This document shows positions 43,605-56,414 of a DNA stretch of 64,000 nt, in pieces (the first letter of the stretch is position 1; each line of letters starts with the position of its first letter). The notes under the pieces were generated by a model. That model saw nothing but the letters and a program-made list of their open reading frames with translations, searched no databases and was not told the DNA's origin. Origin of the DNA: Eledone cirrhosa (taxonomy: Eukaryota); assembly GCA_964016885.1 (NCBI GenBank), contig OZ024745.1:98456001-98520000 (forward strand). The letters run 5' to 3'. A program made the translations under genes and the position numbers.

Positions 43605-43923
43605 CAGGGGCATGCAACAGGCGGCCCGCGGGCCATAATCCGGCCGGCCAGACCAGTCAGAGTGGCCCGCGATAATCTTTTTTAATTTTTACCTTGTAGG
43701 TTTATTTAGAATTTCTTCCGTAACCGTAATACAATTTTCTGTTAGTTGAACTATACTAAAGGGCTTCACTGATAGGGTTATGTGTGTTATAATTTCCCAG
43801 TTCTATATTATGGAAAGAAGTTGTGGTGAATCTTTGGAATAGTGCTTAATAAATATTAATGGCCCTAATAGTTGTTCCAATGTTCAAAAGTGGCCCGCCG
43901 GTGGAATACGTTGCACACCCCTG
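43605..43923. mobile_element. hAT (Charlie-like) MITE
   Basis: TIRs CAGGGGCATGCAAC / GTTGCACACCCCTG, perfect 8-bp TSD CTTTAGAG (43597-43604, 43924-43931), subterminal GGCCCGC motifs. Confidence 0.9.
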
Positions 43924-44553
43924 CTTTAGAGCATTGGAAAGCCTATGTTCCGATATTTGATACCCGCTGAGGTATTCATTGCTTTTATTCTTTCGGGGTC
44001 GATAAAGAAAGTACCAAACTAGAGGTGGTGCAGTATTCTTTCCCTCCAACTGTCACATCCCAGGTGTTCCGCTGATTCCGACGAGAAGGTGGATGTATTT
44101 TTTCCGATTTGTAAAGGGAGTTTGAAATCCTTGCAGCATAGTTGATCTGTCATAGAAATTACGAAAAGCAGACAGCAATTTTACTGTGAGTAGAAATATG
44201 ATTAGGAATATGATTAATCTAGTTAGGAATATGATTGAGTAGATTTGTAATGTATAGAGATTGAAATGAGAGGACTGTCGTTAGTGACGGATATGTCACA
44301 AAAAAAAGTGATAGACATGTAGAAAATGGTAGAGGGGTATTCCAAACCCGAATGAAAAATATAGTTGGTGCTAACAGATTTAATGTAATGAACTAAGAAA
44401 TGTTAATTCATTAAAGTTATACCCGTAGTGAATAAAAAAAATACCATTAGCTTAAATGTTAATTCTAGTAAAATAAAAAAGAGAAACAACAAATAAAAAG
44501 TGATGATGTAAGAAAGAAAAGCATTGAATACCTCCATAGAGCTATAAAATAAT

Positions 44554-44770
44554 GGTTTCTGATTTAGGCACAAGGCCAGCAATTTTCGGGTGGGGGGGAG
44601 GGTCGATTAAATCGACCCCAGTGCGTTACTGGTACTTTATTTTATCGACCCCGTAAGGATGAAAGACAAAGCTAACCTCGGCGGAAATTGAACTTAGATC
44701 ATAAAAGGCCGTAACTCTATGCCATGAAGCAGGGTGTTCGACGCTCTACCAATACTGCTAATCTGCCGCC
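44554..44770 (-). mobile_element. SINE S1, long subfamily
   Basis: Consensus match, TSD TAGAGCTATAAAATAAT. Confidence 0.88.
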
Positions 44771-44788
44771 ATAGAGCTATAAAATAAT

Positions 44789-44972
44789 TGTTTCTACTTT
44801 AGGCACAAGGCCAGCAATTACCCAGTGCATTACTGGTACTTTATTTTATCGACGCCGTAAAGATGAAAGGCAAAGTCAACCTCGGCGGGATTTGAACTCA
44901 GATCGTAAAGGGACGTAACTATGCTGGAAAGCATGTCGTCCGACCCTCTACCGATACTGCCAATCCACCGCC
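44789..44972 (-). mobile_element. SINE S1, short subfamily
   Basis: Consensus match, same TSD. Confidence 0.88.
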
Positions 44973-45738
44973 CTAGAGCTATAAAATAATAAAACTAAAC
45001 TACAGCCGTCACTTGCAAGCGAGTATGACTTGGTGGTAGTATGCTTTCGCTAAGGGTGTTAGGTGTCCATGCAATCATGAGCATGGGGACACATGATTTC
45101 CCCTTCCTCGATCCAGCGGTATATCTGGGATGTGACAGCTAGAAGGAAAGGGCTGCACAAATACTGGTCTGGTACTTTCTTTTATAGACTCCGAAATGAT
45201 GGAAGGCAAGGTGAATCTCGGTGGTATATGAACTCAGAATGCAGAGACTCAGACTGCTCTAACGACTCTGCCAAATCGACCGCCTTCTCCTATAAATATC
45301 ATGTAATTAGTGCATCTATTGTAGCTATGTTTCAACGTACGCTATGGAATATGTAGTATGTATAAAATCCGCTGTATGTTATCATGTAAGAATGCTCCAC
45401 TCGCCCTCTAGTGACCAGTTTTAGAGCAGAAGTTGTAGTTAATGAGATCATTATCTAAATATATTGAAAACGAAATGTCACCGTAACTAAGTAATATTGA
45501 TGGTGGATATCTTGTTCATAGACTGTTAGTTAGGTTCGCTTAGCGACCTCATTTTTACATGAATTGTTTACATTGGGGTGATGACACTAACGTACTGTTA
45601 AAACTCTATGTTGAATTAATGATGATTAATAACAATGGTGGTTTCTTTCGGGAGAGGCAGCTCTGGGAATATAGTGAAGAGAATTAAAGCGCAACAGAGA
45701 ATAAATTGTTTTATTTATTAAATTCAAATTTTTTTTTA

Positions 45739-45788
<50 letters not shown>

Positions 45789-45791
<3 letters not shown>

Positions 45792-45948
45792 TAAAGTTAG
45801 TCGTTCATCAGTGATCTTCCAACCATCATTGGTATTTCATCGCTTTAAAGACCATATACCTCCGGTTGGTGCGAGCAACGGCTAAAAAAAAGTCGTTGGG
45901 ACACGTAAATAAAGAGGACACGAGTGTAAACAAACAAAAATGGTGAAG

Positions 45949-45950
<2 letters not shown>
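45789..45950 (-). mobile_element. Family D element, second copy, between (TA)n tracts
   Basis: Homologous to 14815-14975. Confidence 0.7.
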
Positions 45951-46386
<436 letters not shown>

Positions 46387-46471
46387 CGTACACATTTAGT
46401 TAGTCGATAGTATAATGTTATATCACTTTCGAATGCAACACTTTACTGTCAGATATATTTATATATATGAA

Positions 46472-46695
46472 AGCGGAGGGTGGTGGATTGGCAGTATCGG
46501 TAGAGCGTCAGACGCCATGCTTTGCAGCAAAGAGTTACGGCCCTTTATGGTCTAAGTTCAAATCCCACCGAGGTTAACTTTGCCTTTCATCCTTACGGGG
46601 GTCGATAAAATAAAGCACCAGTAATGTACTGCGGTCGATTTAATCGACTTTCCCTTCCCCCCAAATTACTGGTCTTGTGCCTATACGAGAAATTA
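46472..46695 (+). mobile_element. SINE S1, long subfamily
   Basis: Consensus match. Confidence 0.85.
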
Positions 46696-46965
46696 TATAT
46701 ATGAAGGCGGTGAACGTTGGATAGAATACTGTGTGGTATTTGTTCCAGCTCTCTGCGCTCTGAATTCAAATCCCCTCGAGGTCACCTGGCTTTCATCTTT
46801 TCGAAGTTGATAAAAAAAAGTACCAGTCCAGTAGTGAGGGGGATTCTCTTTCTCTCTCTATAAAAGATTGATTGTGTTCAGACCTGCGAAGGGGGTGAAC
46901 TCTGCCAGATTTTAAATGTTCGAGAAATGCCGTATGTCACTACGGCATCCCAATGACTTCACCAG

Positions 46966-47000
<35 letters not shown>

Positions 47001-47005
<5 letters not shown>

Positions 47006-47210
47006 AGGGTGTGGTAAGATACCAAAAATACCAGATGGACCATAACATAACCCACCAGAGTACTCGATACTTTAAGTAGTAGAGTGGGTAATATGAAAAG
47101 ATTCAGGACCCCGACGGCTGAGCTCCGGCCGGTTCGACAGCTAGATCCGAACTTCAAATCTAGCTGTCGAAACGGCCGAAGCTCAGCCGTCGGGATCCTG
47201 AATCTTTTCA
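47001..47210 (-). mobile_element. Fold-back element family B between (TA)n tracts
   Basis: Palindrome 47091-47213 with a ~10-nt loop. Tail homologous to 9012-9095 with hairpin at 47062-47085. Confidence 0.75.
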
Positions 47211-47561
47211 TATATATATATATATTTTAACTTTAATTATATCTCATAAAATAATACAACTGGCTTTTCCACATAATACATATTGTTAGCACCCCAAACA
47301 CTTAAATTGGGTTTATATTAAAATAAATTGAGTGAGATGGTTACCAGTCAGAGTTTAGCTTTAAACTATCTCTGTTATTGTATTAAATATATATATATAT
47401 ATATATGAGTTTTTCAAATATTAATAATAATATTCCATTCATTTGCAATAATTATGCAAACAAGCCTCTTTTTTAAAGCTATGACAGTAGAATGAGCCCT
47501 CGTTCTTGCTTTTTTTTTAATTATATATATATAGAGAGAGAGATATAGATATATAAAATTA

Positions 47562-47750
47562 ATTGTTTCTACTTTTGGCACAAGGCCAGCAATTACCCAG
47601 TACATTACTTGTACTTTATTTTATCGACCCCGTAAGGATGAAAGGCAAAGTTAAACTCGGCGGGATTTGAACTCAGAATGGCAAGGGCCGTAACTCTATG
47701 CGTCAAAGCATGGCGTCCGACCCTCTACCAATCCACCGCCAATCCACCAC
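47562..47750 (-). mobile_element. SINE S1
   Basis: Consensus match flanked by AGATATATAAAATTAAT-like duplication. Confidence 0.85.
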
Positions 47751-48119
47751 CCTTAGATATATAAAATTAATGAAGTGTAGTTTGTTAACTGATACGTCTA
47801 GTGTGATTATACACCCACTTCACCTGTCTGAAAGTAACTGTAACTTTGGAGGAATGTTATAATTCAATAAATTTTATCGATCACAGAATGATAAAACGTA
47901 AATTCTACCTCGGCGGTATTGAACGAATAAGATAGCAACTAAATGTGTTATTATTTCAATCGTTTTAATGATTCTACCTATCCACTGTCATTAGTATTTA
48001 TCTTCGATTAAATAGTATAAAGTATTAAATGTATTGTGGCTACTGACGCACACAGAGAGACACTTTGACTATCATTACTACAATGTCATCCTCGAGTGAT
48101 GGCTGTAGATTTTATTACT

Positions 48120-48439
48120 ATGTATTACAAAGTAGGCGCTACTGTCCCAGGCGTGAGAAGGTCCAGGGGGCGCTGAGGCCTAAGGGAACGGTGGGGGTGG
48201 TAGAGATGATATAATAGTATATTAAATATCAAATGATAGATATATATGTAAATATAGTAAAATAAAAAATATTTATTTATACATAGTATATATTATATTA
48301 TTTATTATATATGAATTAACGATTTTATTTATTATATATTATTTACAAATTGCGGGTTGGCAGGTCTCTCTGGAAATAGGGTTGAGGGCGCTGAGGGTAC
48401 TACGTGGTCGGGGGGGCGGGGGCAGTTTGAGAACCTCTG
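48120..48439. mobile_element. Probable degenerate hAT (Charlie-like) MITE
   Basis: Right end GTTTGAGAACCTCTG and GGGGCGC-type subterminal motifs. Left TIR not clearly seen. Confidence 0.45.
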
Positions 48440-48692
48440 ATGTAGAAGGTATACTTGACACATCAAAACATCGAAAGAGTAAGAATCTCCAGCATATTGA
48501 TTGTCTATTTGCATTCTGCATTGAGAATCACCTTATGATGTTTCAGAAAACCCGAGAAATGTACAATGCCAACTTACCTACAACTTCCAAACAACCAAGA
48601 CTGCAGTTGTCTAGGACACAGACAGCTTAGACTGCAATGGATTAATACACAAACCAACTACTGTCTATATATATCATTATGTGACCCATGAT

Positions 48693-48825
48693 CGTCCCTT
48701 TACGATCTGAGTTCAAATCCTGCCGAGGTTAACTTTGCCTTTCATCCATACGGGGGTCGATAAAATAAAGTACCAGTAATGTACTGGGTAATTTGCTGGC
48801 CTTGTGCCAAAAATAGAAACAATTA
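48693..48825 (+). mobile_element. SINE S1, 5'-truncated
   Basis: Consensus match between GTGACCCATGA duplications. Confidence 0.8.
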
Positions 48826-49041
48826 GGTGACCCATGAATACAATAATGCTTTGGTATTTCATCAACGACACATGTTATAAAGAAAACTCATCATTCTGTG
48901 GACTATATTTTGACACTAACTGCTTCTGTTGCTACATACATTCACGAAATGGGAGATAACCGAATCCTCAATAACATGCTACATGGAGATACGAATGTCT
49001 AGCGGGCGGCGGGGAGCCTGAATGGTTGCTCAACCTGTTAA

Positions 49042-49262
49042 TAATGGTTTCTGATTTAGGCACAAAGCCAACAATTTTCGGGGGAGGGGAAAGTCGATTA
49101 AATCGACATCAGTGCATTACTGGAGCCTTATTTTATAGACCCTTTAAGGATGAAAGGCAAAGCTCACCTCGGCGGGATTTGAACTCAGAAGGTAAAGAGC
49201 CGTAACTATATACCACTAAGCATGTTGTCCGACGCTCTACCGACACTGCCAATCCCCTGCCT
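49042..49262 (-). mobile_element. SINE S1, long subfamily
   Basis: Consensus match. Confidence 0.85.
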
Positions 49263-50446
49263 CAGCTTAACCTGCCAAATTTCCAACAAATCGCAACAGA
49301 GGACACATTAGATCTAGTCCTAAATAAAGCTGACCTTTCGAATTATAGGTACAGTCCATCCGAGTAGCTTCTAAACAGGTTCTATCTACCCATTTTCATT
49401 TCGGTTGGTTCGGTGCTATGTTAAACGACTCTCGCCCTAAAAGCCATCCGATTGAACCGAAATCCGTGACCTCGTGATCTTGAAGGGAATTTCTAAACTA
49501 TTACTGTTGGGTTCAAACGTTTTCTCATCGAAAATCTGCGTTACAATGTTTGTAGAGTAGATTGTGATTGTGTGATGTTCATGCTATTTCCAAGTATATA
49601 TGTGATGTTCGTGAAGAAAATAGACTTCAATGGTTAATCGAAACCAGATTCTTGCTCCACTTGTGCGGAAATATTAATTTCTTTTTATCTGACGAGTTAA
49701 TTTCTGTTGGGAAGTAGTATAATTGGTCGAATTGACCCCAGCGCTTTTCTTATATATGTAGCTAAGTACTTTTTCTGCTGACTCACTGCCAGATGCGTGG
49801 CTAAATATTACCCATACTACAAGCAAGAATTCCAGGTCCCTTTAGATATTAAATTAGATGTTATTTTCCATGTGGTTAAACTTAATAGTATTTGAGAAGT
49901 CAAGTAATGGGTTTCCAATGAAAGGAGTTTTGTTTCTATGTGTGAGCGTAGAAGTGAGATTGGTCAGAAACGCCAGAAGCAGGAGGGCTAATGAATGCCG
50001 GAGAACAAGTAATTGAAGTATTGAGAAATGTTTAGATTATCAGGCATGAATCCGGAAATATCCACGAAAGAGCTTCGTATTACCGTTTAGAAGAAAGTTA
50101 ATAAACCAAACAAATGGGAGAACAGACGCAACCAATAGAGCCATAAATTGATATCGATACAGTGATTTCTTTTTGATAATGGATAAAAGCTTTAAAGTTT
50201 AGGAGATGTAGATAAAGGAAGCTGTGAGCAAGGTTTGGGTTTAGAAATAAACAAACCTAACTACAGATAGTTTGCCTCACTTTCTGAAGAAGTCTATTAA
50301 AACCTTAGTTAATTGCTTCACCCGTTACAGGTTTATTATATTTTTTTATATTTATATAATCATCATATAATTTATAGTAATCTAATTAACAACAATTAAC
50401 ATCAACAAACTAAACTCACTAAAAAAGATCATTATTTACACAAGTG

Positions 50447-50811
50447 CGATGGATTGACAGTATTGGTAGACAGTCGGGCGCCCTGCTTTGCACCATAGAG
50501 TTACGTCCCTTTTCGGTATGAGTTCAAATCCCGCCGAGGTTAACTTTGCCTTTCATCCTTACGGGGTCGATAAAATAAAGCACCAGTAATGCACTGGGAT
50601 AATTGCTGACCTTGTGTCAAGAGTAGAAACAATTATTTATACAAGTTTGAAGGGCATTGTTTTGGTAGATTCGTTAGTACATCGGAAAGATATGCATTCC
50701 GGCATTTAGTCACGGTTCTTTACTTTCTGAGTTCAAGCAGTGGGATCGATTTAATCGACTTTCCCCTCCTTTCAAAATTGCTGGCCTTGTGCCTATCCTA
50801 TATTACGAATC
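50447..50811 (+). mobile_element. Two tandem S1 SINEs (short subfamily, then a deleted long-subfamily copy)
   Basis: Consensus matches separated and flanked by A(T/C)TATTTA(C/T)ACAAGT. Confidence 0.78.
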
Positions 50812-51532
50812 ACTATTTACACAAGTTTATAGGATTTCGTTATTTCATAATCATGCTAAAATATGAACTCATTCTTATTTCATTTGTTTCCCTTATTCTC
50901 AGCTAAATATTGTCAAATAATTTCTATATGACCCCTGGTTTTAAGGCACCACCATGTCAAAGCTGGTGCGGATAAGGAAAATTCCAGCCTATTAATGGTG
51001 CAGTCATTTCTCTTTCCAGTTGTCACATCCTGGATGTCCCATTAGATCAAAGGACGAGTATCTTGATGACATCGTCTGTGTCTACTTACGACTGCATGGA
51101 CGCTTAAAACCCTTAGCGAAATCATGGTGGATGCAACCAAGTTATACTTGATTACGGGTGACGGCTGTAGTAGTTTACTTATGATCACTACATGATATTC
51201 GTTGCAGAGAGGGAATGATATTTGTGATGTTCATGGTTTTCCAAAGTGCTTTAACCACGTATAAGAAGTCTGAAGTCATACAATTCTTGAAGATTAAAAT
51301 ACGAACTCATTACCTCTTTGAAACGATCTTAGCCTGCAACTGTTGTATATATATGCATGTACCCGTAACTCCTGGTGGAATTGTAGGCGTACAATAGTGA
51401 CTGACATACAGCACGTCTTAGGCCTTTTTAACCTGACATAGCTTGTTTATCTCTTTTCTAGGCTTTAACATAGCCTATTTCTCACAGAAAAAGAGGGTGT
51501 GATGAAGAGGAAGTGAGAAAGAGATATAGAGG

Positions 51533-51860
51533 AAGAATCAACTCCATTACTGGACTAGTACTTCATTTATCGACCACGAAGAATCGATTCCATTACTGGA
51601 TTGGTACTTTATTTATCGACCACGAAGAATTGACTCCATTACTGGACTAGTACTTTATTTATCGACCACGAAGAATCGATTTCATTACTGGATTGGTACT
51701 TTATTTATCGACCACGAAGAATTTACTCCATTACTGGACTAGTACTTTATTTATCGACCTCGAACGGATGAAAGGAAAAGTCAACATCGGTGGGATTTGA
51801 ACTCAGAGCGCAGAGAGCCGGAACGAATACCACAAAGAAATCTATCCGACATTCTAATTT
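51533..51860 (-). repeat. S1-like SINE whose ~46-nt internal segment is tandemly amplified five times
   Basis: GAAGAAT..A.TCCATTACTGGA.T.GTACTT.ATTTATCGACCAC x5 followed by the SINE head. Confidence 0.85.
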
Positions 51861-51986
51861 GCCGCTGTATATGTTAGTGTTATTAATTAACCCTTCGACT
51901 GACTTCATCGAACACATTTATAATCAAAGGAATTCAGCTATAATCACTCCGTTTTTATGCCAGCATTATGTGTCTAAGATTACATT

Positions 51987-52170
51987 ATTGGCAGTATCGG
52001 TAGGGAGTCGGACGCCATGCTTTGTAGTATAGAGTTACGCCCCTTTATGATCTGAGTTCAAATCCCGCCGAGGTTACCTTTGCCTTTCATCCTTACGGGG
52101 TCGATAAAATCAAGTACCAGTAATACACTGGGATAATTGCTGGCATTGTGCCAAAAGTAGAAACAATTAT
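51987..52170 (+). mobile_element. SINE S1
   Basis: Consensus match. Confidence 0.85.
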
Positions 52171-53074
52171 CTTATGTATCCTTTCAGATAGATTTGAGGA
52201 AGATTTGGCTGCTATTTCTAACAGTTCGGCTGACCACATAAAGATTCCCTCGATATTTTTCCTCCTATGATTAATAAAAACATCTTGTCCATGTTCAAGC
52301 ACAGTTTATTTTCATCTCTTTTGACCTAACTTCGTTTTAAGAACCACCTGGAAAGATTTAAAATATGGTAGTGCCAGGAATTTGACACAAAGACTAGGTA
52401 TGAATTGTACTTAGTTTAAAGTCATAATGATTCTTTGAACTGGTATCTAAATGTTTGTTTCTGGTGAAGGTTATTAATGTTTTCTTCTAGTTTTATTATC
52501 CATCTGGGTTGCTTAAGTTGAGCTATTCCATTATCGTCTGCAACTATTCTGTGTGTTTTTTCTCGGTGATAGCAGCTGTGTACAAGCAGGATTGACTGTC
52601 TAATAGTTGTTACCACATATTTTCATCTAGCCTGATAGATTTGTTTTCTCTCTCTCTCTCGTTTTCTCTTTCCTGCCCCCCCCCCCTCTCTCCTCTTGTA
52701 TAATCATAGCTTAGAGATATTGCAAAAATTATTCTCGAATTTTGATTTAAAATAATGTTTTAAGCTGTAGTCTTCTATGTCGAGCCACATGATGTTGACG
52801 GCGATAACGTCACCAACTTGTATACATTTTTATCATTCTCTTTCTATGTCAACTTTTGATTGATTTTGGTTGTCTTCAGAAAATCAACTAACCTCAAAGG
52901 AGTTGGAATTACAATTACTTTCTGTGGCAGCCATTTTTCATACAAGGAAAGTTAACTGAGGTGGAAGTTGCTTTAATTTTAGGTGGATTTCCGTCATCTA
53001 CTACCCCATGACCATCGTGCCTTGTCCTAAGCCTCGCCTGACTGCACTGGACCGTTTTCTCTTTCACTTTTCGT

Positions 53075-54270
53075 GAAATGGATGCACTCCGATGGTCAGG
53101 CGGTCTATCTGCTGTTAACACCCGCTACGTGGAGGGTTGGGTATGACGTGGCTGATGATACGCAGACATGCGCTCAGGCTACGGTATCTCCACCTCTTCC
53201 TCGACGGTGAACGGGTGTGGTCGCCGTTTGCTAGACACGTTTTTCCCCAGCTCGTCTCCTTGACGGAGCTGCAGTTCTGGGTCAAGCGAAGACCGAGAGG
53301 AAGCGTTTGGAGACTGGAATGTCTTCAGGCTCTCACAGCCCTCGAACAGTCGGGCGATGCAATCGGTGGAAACTTCACTTTGGCGTTCTATATAGGGTTA
53401 GGGTTAGTGAAGGACAAGAACGACGAAGTCCTTGGGGAAACTCTGGGTGTCGACGAAAGTCAACCAGCTATTCTCTTCGGGAGGACTTTCGGTCATGGCA
53501 GTGTTACCGGGGAACGTTACCAGTTCGAAATAAACTTTACAGGCATGGAAGTGCCGTCAGCCGGACCTGTCCGAGATGCACATCGGGCAACGAGACCGTC
53601 CTGCCCGCACTCGCCCAGTGTCCGAGCACCGCTGACTTGTGGGTTTATGTCGAACATCTGCTGTCGCTTATAGGACGGATCCGGCTATCAGCTGAGTCCA
53701 TCGTGAAGAATACTCTGCCGCCATCCTTTAACCAGGAGGAGCGGGCAGTTTTTATCTGCCTGGTGGCCACGGTAAAAGAGGTCGTATGAAGACGGACACT
53801 TCCCTCTTCGGAGACGCCTTCATTAACTTTTTCAGGTTTCATATGAAGAGGAAAATCAGGGTAGAGAGGGAAGTGCTTCCGTCCAGCTAGTTTGTTAAAA
53901 GGTGGGTGAAAGAGGCAAGAATGGCCCGTGTGGATGGGCCTGCCCTGAGCGTTTGCCAGTAGTATCGTAGAAGGAAAACTGGAGGGCGCTTGCCCTAGCG
54001 GTCAGGGTGACCGTGGCTTTTTTGTGGGCTTTCTCCACGAGTGACACCCGGAAGTCTCCCCCTCCCCATTAGGGAATTTTTTCTTGTTTCTTTTTTTGTA
54101 ACATCCTATGTTTTTGTTTTTTTATATTGATAACTTTGTTTTTATTTTTTTACCCGCAGAAATGCCCATTTGTACCGTCTTGCACCGTCCTGTGCTGTCC
54201 TTAATGTTATACTTTATGTCAACCCTTGTGGTTAATAAAGAAAGCATTAATATTATTATTATTATTATTG
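53075..54270 (+). mobile_element. L1/Tx1-like LINE, 5'-truncated copy (ORF2 C-terminus + 3' UTR)
   Basis: GGLGMTWLMIRRHALRLR, LPVRNKLYRHG..CPRCTSGNETVLPALAQCP zinc finger, AATAAA and (ATT)n tail. Homologous to 58310-59470. Confidence 0.85.
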
Positions 54271-54960
54271 GTCTGTTCGGATGTCTTTTTGCTCGCTCCC
54301 AGTAAGTCGCATTACTTACCTGTTATAATTATTTGTTGTTTAATTTTTCTTGTTGTGTAAGGGATATAAGCCCTTGGACTTTGCCCTGTGAAATGGAAAG
54401 TATAATATTTGGGCCTTTTGGCCCAAATATTTGAACAATATTTGAACATTTTACTTTTAAATTTATTTTATTTTTAAAACATGGCTGAGTCACGCCACCC
54501 CCCCCCCCCCCCAGCAATATGTCTGCTGTCGTGTGACAACGGCGTAAAAGTTGAGAGGAGGGTTACAAAAATTGATACAACAAACACCACCACAAACGTG
54601 AACAAAGAGAACAACACTGAGAACACTAATTTACCACACCAACTACAACAATAACAGCGACAACCAAAATACAGACAACAGAAAAAAATGACAAATACAA
54701 CAACGATTTTAACACCACTAACAAGAAAATAAACAACAACAACACCAACAACAACAATATAAATTGCACAACGGTGGCATCAAAGCAACAACAACAGTGG
54801 CACCAAAAACACAACCAACTACAACAGTGATAACAGCAACAACACCAACAACACCGTTTGTAGCAGTTGCAACAGCAACAGTACCAACAACAAGACCAGT
54901 AGCAGCAGTAGCGGCAGCAATAATGGTGCCGCTAAAAAAGGGGCCTCTTCTTTCACAGGC

Positions 54961-56115
54961 GTGGCCCGAAATATAGAGACAGTGCTAGTCACAGAGGAGC
55001 AGATGGCAGTCGCAAGAGCCATGGTGACAAGAAATGACCATAGAGTTTCCCTGAAACCTCCACCCGATTTCTTCAAAGACCAGCAGCTGCGCACGGTGAC
55101 TTCCTGCACCGTAAGCAAATTGTCACATCGGGTGGGGAGATCCACGGAGGCTCAAATCCAAAAGGCCTTGGGGTGCGTCTGGGCGCGCAAATCCCACATC
55201 ACCCGAAGCAAAAAGTACGCCACAGTAGACATACTTTTCGCCCCGCCTCAAGAGGCGAAGTCTCATTCTTTGGAAACCCTAAAGAGTGAGGAGATGGAGA
55301 TAGTCTTGGTGCCCTCCTACTACGGCCAGAAAATTGTGAGGGTCAAAGTGACCCAGGTCCCGCCCGACGTGCCCATACTTTGGCTGGCCGCGTCTGTCCT
55401 TGCTGTAATCGAGGACAGGATCACCATGCTGCAAGTACAGCGAATGGGAAGAGAGAACTGGACAGGAATAGGCATGCAAATGCTAATACAAACTAACCAG
55501 GAGTGCATCGAGGCCATCCCAAATATCATAGACCTCGAGGAAGGACTCCAACTCCCTATAAGCGTGGAAGGAAGGCGCCCAAAGTGCTATCTCTGTGGGC
55601 AGAAGGGTTACCCCAGAGCCTTCTGCCCGCAGAAGACAGCCAAGAAGAGGGCCCATCTCCTCCCGACGCCTGATCCGCTGCTACCAAGAGCAGGGCAGGC
55701 AACAGATGCAGAAAACCCTTCCATGGTGAGTAGGAGGGCAACGTCTGTGGCACCCACACCAAGGCCACGGACAACTAAAACAGCGGCAGCAGTGGCGGCA
55801 ACACCAACAGTCGCCGTAGCTACACCGGCGGCAAAATCGCCGGAGCGGACTCCACTACCACCACCAACAGCAATGGAGCTCATTCCCCTCCCAGACGCCA
55901 TGGAATCCGGCATGGAGTATGAGGCGGGAGGGAATTGGCAAACGGTCTGCCACAAAAAAAAACAAAAAAGAAAAAAACCCTTAGCTTCACCCTCCAAAAG
56001 CGAAGCATCGCAAACACAACAAAGCACACACACCCAAGAGCAACAACAAGAAAACAGCAACAAAACCACACCTCCTTCAAAAAAGTACACAGAAATAAAC
56101 ATGGCAAATAAATAA
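54961..56115 (+). CDS. LINE ORF1 (gag-like nucleic-acid-binding protein)
   Basis: 384-aa open frame with VEGRRPKCYLCGQKGYPRAFCP (CCHC knuckle, H damaged) and WQTV..KK motif. The true start is probably further upstream. Confidence 0.75.
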   Translation: MARNIETVLVTEEQMAVARAMVTRNDHRVSLKPPPDFFKDQQLRTVTSCTVSKLSHRVGRSTEAQIQKALGCVWARKSHITRSKKYATVDILFAPPQEAKSHSLETLKSEEMEIVLVPSYYGQKIVRVKVTQVPPDVPILWLAASVLAVIEDRITMLQVQRMGRENWTGIGMQMLIQTNQECIEAIPNIIDLEEGLQLPISVEGRRPKCYLCGQKGYPRAFCPQKTAKKRAHLLPTPDPLLPRAGQATDAENPSMVSRRATSVAPTPRPRTTKTAAAVAATPTVAVATPAAKSPERTPLPPPTAMELIPLPDAMESGMEYEAGGNWQTVCHKKKQKRKKPLASPSKSEASQTQQSTHTQEQQQENSNKTTPPSKKYTEINMANK

Positions 56116-56414
56116 CTCTTACAACATATAAAGCAGCACACAGACATCACACAAAAAAACTACTACACGCCACCAACACCAAGAACTCTCCCGAAAAATA
56201 TAAAAATCATTGAAATTAAAATAGAACATTACAAACTTTTAAAACAAAAATTCCCCAACGCAGTTGGAGACTTCAGAGCGTCGGTTACCAAGAGGATATA
56301 CACTGACATCCTCTTGGAAACACCCATGACCAGCCAAAGGGACGGTTCTACTGTCCCTTCCCCACACGATCAAGGTAAGTGATCATTTCTCACTTACCCC
56401 GTTTCTCATCCAAC

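Noticed and set aside
51533-51760. Regular ~46-nt repeats resembling a CRISPR array
   Set aside because: No unique spacers and no cas genes. The unit is part of the S1 SINE.
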